DNA of 64,000 nucleotides from Balanoglossus misakiensis (lineage: Eukaryota > Animalia > Hemichordata). A program made the position numbers and the translations under genes. Positions 37,601 through 48,600 of this stretch are shown here, piece by piece. Under the pieces are notes generated by a model that was not told the DNA's origin, did not search any database, and saw only the letters and a list, made by a program, of their open reading frames with translations. The stretch's first letter is position 1. Each line of letters opens with the position of its first letter. The DNA is taken from contig CM082579.2 in assembly GCA_040954595.2 (NCBI GenBank), positions 1-64,000 on the forward strand. The letters are read 5' to 3'.

Positions 37601-40600
37601 GCGACTTCCTGTCGTAACGGCGCGGTGAATCTGGGCCAAGTTGCCGTTGATTTCCTGTGGTAACGGCGCGGTGAATCTGGGCCAAGTTGATGGCGACTTC
37701 CTGTGAATCCGGGCCAAGTTGCCGGCGACTTCCGGTGGTAATGGCGCGGTGAAACTGAGCCAAGTTGCCGGCGACTTCCTGTCGTAACGGCGCGGTGAAT
37801 CTGGGCAAAGTTGCCGTTGATTTCCTGTGGTAACGGCGCGGTGAATCTGGGCCAAGTTGATGGCGACTTCCTGTGAATCCGGGCCAAGTTGCCGGCGACT
37901 TCCGGTGGTAATGGCGCGGTGAAACTGAGCCAAATTGCCGGCGACTTCCTGTCGTAACGGCGCGGTGAATCTGGGCAAAGTTGCCGGCGACTTCCGGTCG
38001 TAACGGCGCGGTGAATCCGGGCCAAGTTGCCGGAGACTTCCTGTGAATCCGGGCCAAGTTGCCAGCGACTTCCGGTGGTAACGGCGCGGTGAAACTGGGC
38101 CAAGTTGCCGGCGACTTCCTGTCGTAACGGCGCGGTGAATCTGGGCAAAGTTGCCGGCGACTTCCGGTCGTAACGGCGCGGTGAATCCGGGCCAAGTTGC
38201 CGGCGACTTCCGGTGGTAACGGCGCGGTGAATCTGGGCCAAGTTGCCGGAGACTTCCTGTGAATCCGGGCCAAGTTGCGGCGACTTCCGGTCGTAACGGC
38301 GCGGTGAATACAGGCCAAGTTGCCGGCGACTTCCGGTCGTAACGGCGCGGTGAATCCGGGCCAAGTTGCCGGCGACTTCCTGTTGTAACGGCGCGGTGAA
38401 TCTGGGCAAAGTTGCCGGCGACTTCCGGTCGTAACGGCGCGGTGAATCCGGGCCAAGTTGCCGGAGACTTCCTGTGAATCCGGGCCAAGTTGCCAGCGAC
38501 TTCCGGTGTTAACGGCGCGGTGAATCTGGGCCAAGTTGATGGCGACTTCCTGTGAATCCGGGCCAAGTTGCCGGCGACTTCCGGTGGTAATGGCGCGGTG
38601 AAACTGAGCCAAGTTGCCGGCGACTTCCTGTCGTAACGGCGCGGTGAATCTGGGCAAAGTTGCCGGCGACTTCCGGTCGTAATGGCGCGGTGAATCTTGG
38701 CCAAGTTGATGGCGACTTCCTGTGAATCCGGGCCAAGTTGCGGCGACTTCCGGTCGTAACGGCGCGGTGAATCCGGGCCAAGTTGCCGGCGACTTCCTGT
38801 TGTAACGGCGCGGTGAATCTGGGCAAAGTTGCCGGCGACTTCCGGTCGTAACGGCGCGGTGAATCCGGGCCAAGTTACCGGAGACTTCCTGTGAATCCGG
38901 GCCAAGTTGCCAGCGACTTCCGGTGGTAACGGCGCGGTGAATCTGGGCCAAGTTGATGGCGACTTCCTGTGAATCCGGGCCAAGTTGCCGGCGACTTCCG
39001 GTGGTAATGGCGCGGTGAAACTGAGCCAAGTTGCCGGCGACTTCCGGTCGTAACGGCGCGGTGAATCCGGGCCAAGTTGATGGTGACTTCCTGTGAATCC
39101 GGGCCAAGTTGCCGGCGACTTCCTGTCGTAACGGCGCGGTGAATCTGGGCCAAGTTGCCGTTGATTTCCTGTGGTAACGGCGCGGTGAATCTGGGCCAAG
39201 TTGATAACGACTTCCGGTCGTAACGGCGCGGTGAATCCGGGCCAAGTTGCCGGCGACTTCCGGTGGTAACGGCGCGGTGAATCTGGGCCAAGTTGCCGGA
39301 GACTTCCTGTGAATCCGGGCCAAGTTGCCAGCGACTTCCGGTGGTAACGGCGCGGTGAAACTGGGCCAAGTTGCCGGCGACTTCCTGTCGTAACGGCGCG
39401 GTGAATCTAGGCAAAGTTGCCGGCGACTTCCGGTCGTAACGGCGCGGTGAATCCGGGCCGAGTTGCCGGCGACTTCCGGTGGTAACGGCGCGGTGAATCT
39501 GGGCCAAGTTGCTGTTGATTTCCTGTGGTAACGGCGCGGTGAATCTGGGCCAAGTTGATGGCGACTTCCTGTGAATCCGGGCCAAGTTGCCGGCGACTTC
39601 CGGTGGTAATGGCGCGGTGAAACTGAGCCAAGTTGCCGGCGACTTCCTGTCGTAACGGCGCGGTGAATCTGGGCAAAGTTGCCGTCGACTGCCGGTCGTA
39701 ACGGCGCGGTGAATCCGGGCCAAGTTGATGGCGACTTCCTGTGAATCCGGGCCAAGTTGCCGGCGACTTCCTGTCGTAACGGCGCGGTGAATCTGGGCCA
39801 AGTTGCCGTTGATTTCCTGTGGTAACGGCGCGGTGAATCTGGGCCAAGTTGATGGCGACTTCCTGTGAATCCGGGCCAAGTTGCCGGCGACTTCCGGTGG
39901 TAATGGCGCGGTGAAACTGAGCCAAGTTGCCGGCGACTTCCTGTCGTAACGGCGCGGTGAATCTGGGCAAAGTTGCCGTTGATTTCCTGTGGTAACGGCG
40001 CGGTGAATCTGGGCCAAGTTGATGGCGACTTCCTGTGAATCCGGGCCAAGTTGCCGGCGACTTCCGGTGGTAATGGCGCGGTGAAACTGAGCCAAATTGC
40101 CGGCGACTTCCTGTCGTAACGGCGCGGTGAATCTGGGCAAAGTTGCCGGCGACTTCCGGTCGTAACGGCGCGGTGAATCCGGGCCAAGTTGATGGCGACT
40201 TCCTGTGAATCTGGGCAAAGTTGCCGGCGACTTCCGGTCGTAACGGCGCGGTGAATCCGGGCCGAGTTGCCGGAGACTTCCTGTGAATCCGGGCCAAGTT
40301 GCCAGCGACTTCCGGTGGTAACGGCGCGGTGAAACTGGGCCAAGTTGCCGGCGACTTCCTGTCGTAACGGCGCGGTGAATCTGGGCAAAGTTGCCGGCGA
40401 CTTCCGGTCGTAACGGCGCGGTGAATCCGGGCCAAGTTGCCGGCGACTTCCGGTGGTAACGGCGCGGTGAATCTGGGCCAAGTTGCCGGAGACTTCCTGT
40501 GAATCCGGGCCAAGTTGCGGCGACTTCCGGTCGTAACGGCGCGGTGAATCCAGGCCAAGTTGCCGGCGACTTCCGGTCGTAAAGGCGCGGTGAATCCGGG

Positions 40601-40749
40601 CCAAGTTGCCGGCGACTTCCTGTTGTAACGGCGCGGTGAATCTGGGCCAAGTTGCCGGCGACTTCCGGTCGTAACGGCGCGGTGAATCCGGGCCAAGTTG
40701 CCGGCGACTTCCTGTTGTAACGGCGCGGTGAATCTGGGCCAAGTTGATG
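19674..40749 (+). repeat. 21-kb complex satellite of 46-bp and 32-bp (also 45/49-bp) variant monomers with multi-kb higher-order repeats
   Basis: Long unit GGGCCAAGTTGCCGGCGACTTCCGGTCGTAACGGCGCGGTGAATCT; short unit GGGCCAAGTTG(CCGGA/ATGGC)GACTTCCTGTGAATCC. Roughly 500 units. Rare variants recur at ~1.6-2.7 kb spacing. Confidence 0.97.
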
Positions 40750-40963
40750 GGAGCAGACTGGAGGGGGACTGGAACAGACTTGAGGGGGACTGGAGCAGAC
40801 TGGAGGGGGACTGGAGCATGCTGGAGGGGGACTGGAGCAGACTGGAGGGGGACTGGAGCAGACTGGAGGGGGACTGGAGCAGACTGGAGGGGGACTGGAG
40901 CATGCTGGAGGGGGACTGGAGCAGACTGGAGGGGGACTGGAGCAGACTGGAGGGGGACTGGAG
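40750..40963 (+). repeat. 21-bp G-rich minisatellite (GAGCAGACTGGAGGGGGACTG), ~10 copies
   Basis: Direct reading of the tandem units. Confidence 0.95.
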
Positions 40964-41808
40964 TAACGGGGCAGGGTTGGGGTCAAGTGTCTGCGGCATG
41001 GTGGGGTGTAATGGGGCAGGGTTGGGGTCAAGTGTCTGCGGCAACGGCGGGGTGTAACTGGGCAGGGTTGAGGTCAAGTGTCTGAGGCAACGGCGGGAAT
41101 GTAACGGGGCTGGGTTGGGGTCAAGTGCCTGCAGCAACGGCAGGATGGAATGGGGCAGGGTTGGGGTCAAGTGTCTGCGGCAACGGCGGGGTGTAACGGG
41201 GCAGGGTTGGGGTCAAGTGTCTGCGGCAACGGCTCGGTGGAACAGGGTAGGTTTGGGGTCAAGTGTCTGCGGCAACGGCGTGGTGGAACGGGGCAGGGTT
41301 GGGGTAAAATGTCTGACACAACGGCGGGGTGTAACTGGGCAGGGTTGGGGTCAAGTGTCTGCGGCAACGGCGGGTTGGAACGGGGCAGGGTAGGGTCAAG
41401 TTTCTGCGCCAACGGCGGGGTGTAATGGGGCAGGTTTGGGGTCAAGTTTCTGAGGCAACGGCGGGATGTAACGGGGCAGGGTTGGGGTCAAGTGTCTGCG
41501 GCATGGTGGGGTGTAATGGGGCAGGGTTGGGGTCAAGTGTCTGCAGCATGGCGGGGTGTAATGGGGCAGGGTTGGGGTCAAGTGTCTGCGGCAACGGCGG
41601 GGTGTAACTGGGCAGGGTTGGGGTCAAATGTCTGAGGCAACGGCGGGGTGTAACGGGGCAGGGTTGGGGTCAAGTGTCTGCGCCATGGCGGGGTGGAACG
41701 GGGCAGGGTTGGGGTCAAGTGTCTGCCGAAACGGCGGGTGGAATGGGGCAGGGTTGGGGTCAAGTGTCTGCCGCAACGGCAGGGTGGAACGGGTCAGGGT
41801 TGGGGTCA
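40964..41808 (+). repeat. Second 45/46-bp G-rich minisatellite (GTAACGGGGCAGGGTTGGGGTCAAGTGTCTGCGGCAACGGCGGGGT), ~18 diverged copies
   Basis: GGGGTCAAG recurs at a ~46-bp period (e.g. 41163, 41209). The array ends at an abrupt GC-rich to AT-rich boundary. Confidence 0.94.
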
Positions 41809-42660
41809 TAAATGCATACATAGAGGACATTTCTGTACCCATACATTTCAAATTTATTAATTTTCCTGACCTTCACTATCAGGTTTTGGGAATGACAGGT
41901 AATTGAAATTGAATTAAAATACAATACGTAAACATATTTTCATCTGTGAACTTTTAACTGGTGAACAAAATTGGAGCCCATTATTAAAAAGAGTTTCCCT
42001 GAGCCTGTTTATACCATACCAGCCTAAGTATTAGTTGTTAGGGTAAGGGTTAGGGTAAGGGTTAAGGTTAGGGTTAGAGTTAGAGTTAGGGTTAGGGTTA
42101 GGGTTAGTGTTTGAGTTGGCTGGCTGAAATGGCACAAACAATTTCAGAGATTGAATCAATTTGCTTTGACTGCAAAATTCACTGAACAAAGTTTGCTCTG
42201 TGCAAACTTGTGATTCTAAGAAACACAGTATCTATGGACATTTAGGCTACAGTTAGATAAGTAATACTGTGTCCTAATCTGAATCCTTCCTTATCATAAC
42301 ATATAACCAGTGGGCTCAAGGGAACATGTAAGGAAAGTCAATGTCATAATCCCCACTGGATAAATAGATTAAACAGCAACATTCTCTGTTTTTTTATCTT
42401 TTAGAGATTAATTTCGTTTGATACAGAATGATGAAGTTAAAAATCATTATTTTTAACACAGAAATCTAATGCAAGTATTCAATGTATAGTTGACAACATT
42501 CAAAGCTCAAAAAGAGAGATTGTGACACTTTAATAGAAAACTGGACAGAAGACAATCTATAAGTTTTCTCTTCATTCTCATTATAAACTCCTAAAATGCT
42601 GACTGACAATCTATGTCTTCTCTTTATCTGGCATTCAGACTTCATATGCCAAGATGCAAG
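41809..42660 (+). repeat. Copy A of a duplicated AT-rich module (paralog at 52551-53669) leading into the ~282-bp satellite
   Basis: Collinear shared blocks with copy B, e.g. TAATTTTCCTGACCTTCACT, TGGCTGAAATGGCACAAACA, TATGGACATTTAGGCTACAGTTA and TTCATTCTCATTATAAACTC. Confidence 0.88.
42038..42107 (+). repeat. Short interstitial telomeric tract (TTAGGG and variants), inverted relative to the terminal telomere
   Basis: TTAGGGTAAGGGTTAGGGTAAGGGTTAAGGTTAGGGTTAGAGTTAGAGTTAGGGTTAGGGTTAGGGTTAG on the + strand. Confidence 0.9.
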
Positions 42661-45600
42661 TATTTCATTGGGCTACTGGTAGACCAAGTCCTTGTCCATT
42701 TCTACTATCATCATCATTTGGAAAATCACCAGTCTTCACACTTCAGCTTCAGCTAAGAAAGAAAGAGAAAAAATAGATTCGCGTTTAATGAATGAAGTGG
42801 GGACACGTTTTATAGAATTGATTCATTCAGCTTAAGTTAAATTTGGATGTGTTCCAATACTACACGCACTCGTATAATAATGATTACAAACCTTTACATT
42901 TTCTTCATTTGAAAACCAGATAGGGTCATCTGCCATCATGCAAATAGTTTATGGGGTGAGTGCAAGACCAAGTCCTTGTCCACTTCTAACAATGGCAACA
43001 TTCAGATACACAACATCAGCCTGCACTCTTCGCCATATTCTAACAAAAGTACAGAAAAATGTTATCAATGATTAATGAACAAATTGGCGAAAGATTGTAT
43101 AAATTGATTCAATTAGTTAAATTTGGATTTGTTCCAACACTATATACAATCTTAAAATGTTGATTGCAAACCTGTATGTTTTCTTTATTTGACATCCAAA
43201 TATCTTCATCTGCCATCATGCAAGTAGTTTATTGGGTGACTGGAAGACCATGTCCATGTCCACTTCTACCAATGGCAACATTCAGATACACAACATCAGC
43301 CTGCACTCTTCGCCATATTCTAACAAAACAACAGAAACAAAAATTATTCATGATCAATAAAAAAAGTGGTGACATATTTTATAAAATTGATTCAATGAGT
43401 TAAGTTTGGATTTGTTCCAACACTATATACACTCATAAAATGTTGACTGCAAACCTGTATGTGTTCATTATTTGACATCCAAATATCTTCATCTGCCATC
43501 ATGCAAGTAGTTTATTGGGTGACTGGGAAACCATGTCCTTGTCCACTTCTACCATTGGCAACATTCAGATACACAACATCACCCTGCAGTCTTCGAAATA
43601 TTCTAACAAAACAACAGAAAAAAAAATTATGTATTCATGATCAATGAACAAAGTGGTGACATATTTTATAAAATTGATTCAATGAGTTAAGTTTGGATTT
43701 GTTCCAACACTATATACACTCTTAAAATGTTGACTGCAAACCTGTATGTGTTCTTTATTTGACATCCAAATATCTTCATCTGCCATCATGCAAGTAGTTT
43801 ATTGGGTGACTGGGAAACCAAGTCTTTGTCCACTTCTACCAATGGCAACATTCAGATACACAACATCAGCCTGCACTCTTTGCCATATTCTAACAAAACA
43901 ACAGAAAAAAAATATTCATGATCAATGAACAAAGTGGTGACATATTTTATAAAATTGATTCAATGATTTAAGTTTGGATTTGTTCCAACACTATATACAC
44001 TCTTAAAATGTTGATTGCAAACCTGTATGTTTTCTTTATTTGACATCCAAATATCTTCATCTGCCATCATGCAGAGTTTATTGAGTGAATGCAAGACCAA
44101 GTCCTTGTCCACTACTACCAATGGTAACATTCAGATACACATCATCAGCCTGCACTCTTCGCCATATTCTAACAAAAGAACAGAAAAATATTATCCATGA
44201 TTAATGAACAAATTGGCGAAAGATTGTATAAATTGATTCGATGGGTTAAATTTGGATTTGTTCCAATACTATATACACTCTTAAAATGTTGACTGCAAAC
44301 CTGTATGTTTTCTTTATTTAACATCCAAATATCTTCATCTGCCATCATGCAGGATGTTTATTGGCTGACTGCAAGACCAAGTCCTCGTCCACTTCTACCG
44401 TTGGCACCATTTAGAAATTAAACATCAGTCTTCATGCTTGACCTTGCTTCATCTCCCATCATGGAAGTACTTTATTGGCTGACTGGAAGACCATGTCCTT
44501 GTCCACTTCTACCATTGGCAACATTCAGATACACAACATCACCCTGCACTCTTCGCCATATTCTAACAAAACAACAGACACAAATTATTCATGATCAATG
44601 AACAAAGTGGTGACATATTTTATAAAATTTATTCAATGAGTTAAGTTTTGATTTGTTCCAACACTATATACACTCTTAAAATGTTGACAGCAAACCTGTA
44701 TGTGTTCTTTATTTGACATCCAAATATCTTCATCTGCCATCATGCAGAGTTTATTGGGTGAAAGCAAGACCAAGTCTTTGTCCACTTCTAACAATGAAAA
44801 CATCCAGATACACAACATCAGCCTGCACTCTTCGCCATATTCTAACAAAAGAACAGAAAAATGTTATCCATGATTAATGATCAAATAGGCGAAAGATTGT
44901 ATAAATTGATTCAATGAGTTAAGTTTGGATTTGTTCCAACACTATATACAATCTTAAAATGTTGATTGCAAACCTGTATGTTTTCTTTATTTGACATCCA
45001 AATATCTTCATCTGCCATCATGCAAGTAGTTTATTGGGTGCCTGGAAGACCATGTCCATGTCCACTTCTACCAATAGCAACATTCAGATACACAACATCA
45101 GCCTGCACTCTTCGCCATATTCTAACAAAACAACAGAAACAAAAATTATTCATGATCAATAAAAAAAGTGGTGACATATTTTATAAAATTGATTCAATGA
45201 GTTAAGTTTGGATTTGTTCCAACACTATATACACTCTTAAAATGTATACTGCAAACCTGTATGTGTTCTTTATTTGACACCCAAATATCTTCATCTGCCA
45301 TAATGCAAGTAGTTTATTGGGTGACTGGGAAACCAAGTCCTTGTCCACTTCTACCAATGGCAACATTCAGATACACAAAATCAGCCTGCACTCTTTGCCA
45401 TATTCTAACAAAACAACAGAAAAAGAAATATTCATGATCAATGAACAAAGTGGTGACATATTTTATAAAATTGATTCAATGAGTTAAGTTTGGATTTGTT
45501 CCAACACTATATACACTCTTAAAATGTTGATTGCAAACCTGTATGTTTTCTTTATTTGACATCCAAATATCTTCATCTGCCATCATGCAGAGTTTATTAG

Positions 45601-48600
45601 GTGAAAGCAAGACCAAGTCCATGTCCACTTCTAACAATGAAAACATCCAGATACACAACATCAGCCTGCACTCTTCGCCATATTCTAACAAAAGAACAGA
45701 AAAATGTTATCCATGATTAATGATCAAATAGGCGAAAGATTGTATAAATTGATTCAATGAGTTAAGTTTGGATTTGTTCCAACACTATATACAATCTTAA
45801 AATGTTGATTGCAAACCTGTATGTTTTCTTTATTTGACATCCAAATATCTTCATCTGCCATCATGCAAGTAGTTTATTGGGTGACTGGAAGACCATGTCC
45901 ATGTCCACTTCTACCAATGGCAACATTCAGATACACAACATCAGCCTGCACTCTTCGCCATATTCTAACAAAACAACAGAAACAAAAATTATTCATGATC
46001 AATAAAAAAAGTGGTGACATATTTTATAAAATTGATTCAATGAGTTAAGTTTGGATTTGTTCCAACACTATATACACTCATAAAATGTTGACTGCAAACC
46101 TGTATGTGTTCATTATTTGACATCCAAATATCTTCATCTGCCATCATGCAAGTAGTTTATTGGGTGACTGGGAAACCATGTCCTTGTCCACTTCTACCAT
46201 TGGCAACATTCAGATACACAACATCAGCCTGCAGTCTTCGCAATATTCTAACAAAACAACAGAAAAAAAAATTATTCATGATCAATGAACAAAGTGGTGA
46301 CATATTTTATAAAATTGATTCAATGAGTTAAGTTTTGATTTGTTCCAACACTATATACACTCTTAAAATGTTGACAGCAAACCTGTATGTGTTCTTTATT
46401 TGACATCCAAATATCTTCATCTGCCATCATGCAGAGTTTATTGGGTGAAAGCAAGACCAAGTCCTTGTCCACTTCTAACAATGAAAACATCCAGATACAG
46501 AACATCAGCCTGCACTCTTCGCCATATTCTAACAAAAGAACAGAAAAATGTTATCCATGATTAATGATCAAATAGGCGAAAGATTGTATAAATTGATTCA
46601 ATGAGTTAAGTTTGGATTTGTTCCAACACTATATACAATCTTAAAATGTTGATTGCAAACCTGTATTTGTTCATTATTTGACATCCAAATATCTTCATCT
46701 GCCATCATGCAAGTAGTTTATTGGGTGACTGGGAAACCATGTCCTTGTCCACTTCTACCAATGGACACATGCAGATACACAACATCAGCCTGCACTCTTC
46801 GCCATATTCTCACAAAACAGAAAAAAAATATTCATGATCAATGAACAAAGTGGTGACATATTTTATAAAATTGATTCAATGAGTTAAGTTTTGATTTGTC
46901 CCAACACTATATACACTCTTAAAATGTTGACTGCAAACCTTTATGTTTTCTTTATTTGACATCCAATTATCTTCATCTGCCATCATGCAAGTAGTTTATT
47001 GGCTGACTGGAAGACCATGTCCTTGTCCACTTCTACCAATGGCAACATTCAGATACACAACATCAGCCTGCACTCTTCGCCATATTCTAACAAAACAACA
47101 GAAAAAATATTATTCATGATCAATGAACAAAGTGGTGACATATTTTATAAAATTGATTCAATGCGTTAAGTTTGGATTTGTTCCAACACTATATACACTC
47201 TTAAAATGTTGACTGCATACCTGTATGTTTTCTTTATTTGACATCCAAATATCTTCATCTGCCATCATGCAAGTAGTTTATTGGGTGACTGGGAAACCAT
47301 GTCCTTGTCCACTTCTACCAATGGCAACATTCAGATACACAACATCAGCCTGTACTCTTCGCCATATTCTAACAAAACAACAGAAAAAAAATTATTCATG
47401 ATCAATGAACAAAATGGTGACATATTTTATAAAATTGATTCAATGAGTTAAGTTTGGATTTGTTCCAACACTATATACACTCTTGAAATGTTGACTGCAA
47501 ACCTGTATTTTTTCTTAATTTGACATCCAAATATCTTCATCTGCTATCATACAGAGTTTATTAGGTGAAAGCAAGACCAAGTCCTTGTCCACTTCTACCA
47601 ATGGCAACATTCAGATACACAACATCAGCCTGCACTCTTTGGCATATTCTAACAAAACAACAGAAAAAAAATTATTCATGATCAATGAACAAAGTGGTGA
47701 CATATTTTATAAAATTGATTCAATGAGTTAAGTTTGAATTTGTTCCAATACTATATACACTTGTTGACTGCAAACCTGTACGTTTTCTTCATTTGACATC
47801 CACATATCTTCATCTGCCATCATGCAAGTTGTTAATTGGCTGACTGCAAGACCAAGTCCTTGTCCACTTCTACCGTTGGCACCATTTAGAAATTAAACAT
47901 CATTCTTTATGCTTGAACTTGCTTCATCTGCCATCATGCAAGTACTTTATTGGCTGACTGGGAAACCAAGTCCTTGTCCACTTCTACCAATGGCAACATT
48001 CAGATACACAACATCAGCCTGTACTCTTCGCCATATTCTAACAAAACAACAGAAAAAAAATTATTCATGATCAATGAACAAAATGGTGACATATTTTATA
48101 AAATTGATTCAATGAGTTAAGTTTGGATTTGTTCCAACACTATATACACTCTTAAAATGTTGATTGCAAACCTGTATGTTTTCTTTATTTGACATCCAAA
48201 TATCTTCATCTGCCATCATGCAAGTAGTTTATTGGGTGACTGGAAGACGAAGTCCTTGTCCACTTCTACCATTGGCAACATTCAGATACACAACATCAGC
48301 CTGCACTCTTCGCCATATTCTAACAAAACAACAGAAAAAAAATTATTCATGATCAATGAACAAAGTCAAGACATAGTTTATAAAATTGATTCAATGAGTT
48401 AAGTTTGGATTTGTTCTAACTCTATATACACACTTAAAATTTTGACTGCATACATGTATGTTTTCTTTATTTGACATCCAAATATCTTCATCTGCCATCA
48501 TGCAAGTAGTTTATTGGGTGACTGGGAAACCATGTCCTTGTCCACTTCTACCAATGGCAACATTCAGATACACAACATCAGCCTGCACTCTTCGCCATAT

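Noticed and set aside
19674-40749. CRISPR-like repeat/spacer appearance
   Set aside because: There are no unique spacers and no cas genes, and the context is a eukaryotic subtelomere.
10517-41170. Dozens of long minus-strand ORFs (up to 1475 aa)
   Set aside because: All three frames give the same permuted peptide because the unit length is not a multiple of 3. Starts are mostly TTG/GTG and there are no domains or splice structure.
1662-41808. Telomeric retrotransposon (HeT-A/TART, TRAS/SART, Penelope/Athena) or Y'-like helicase
   Set aside because: No reverse transcriptase, gag, endonuclease or helicase coding sequence and no poly(A) junctions are visible.
40698-41906. Extensin-like SSPPP and LEGDWS ORFs
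   Set aside because: They are translations of the 21-bp and 46-bp minisatellites.
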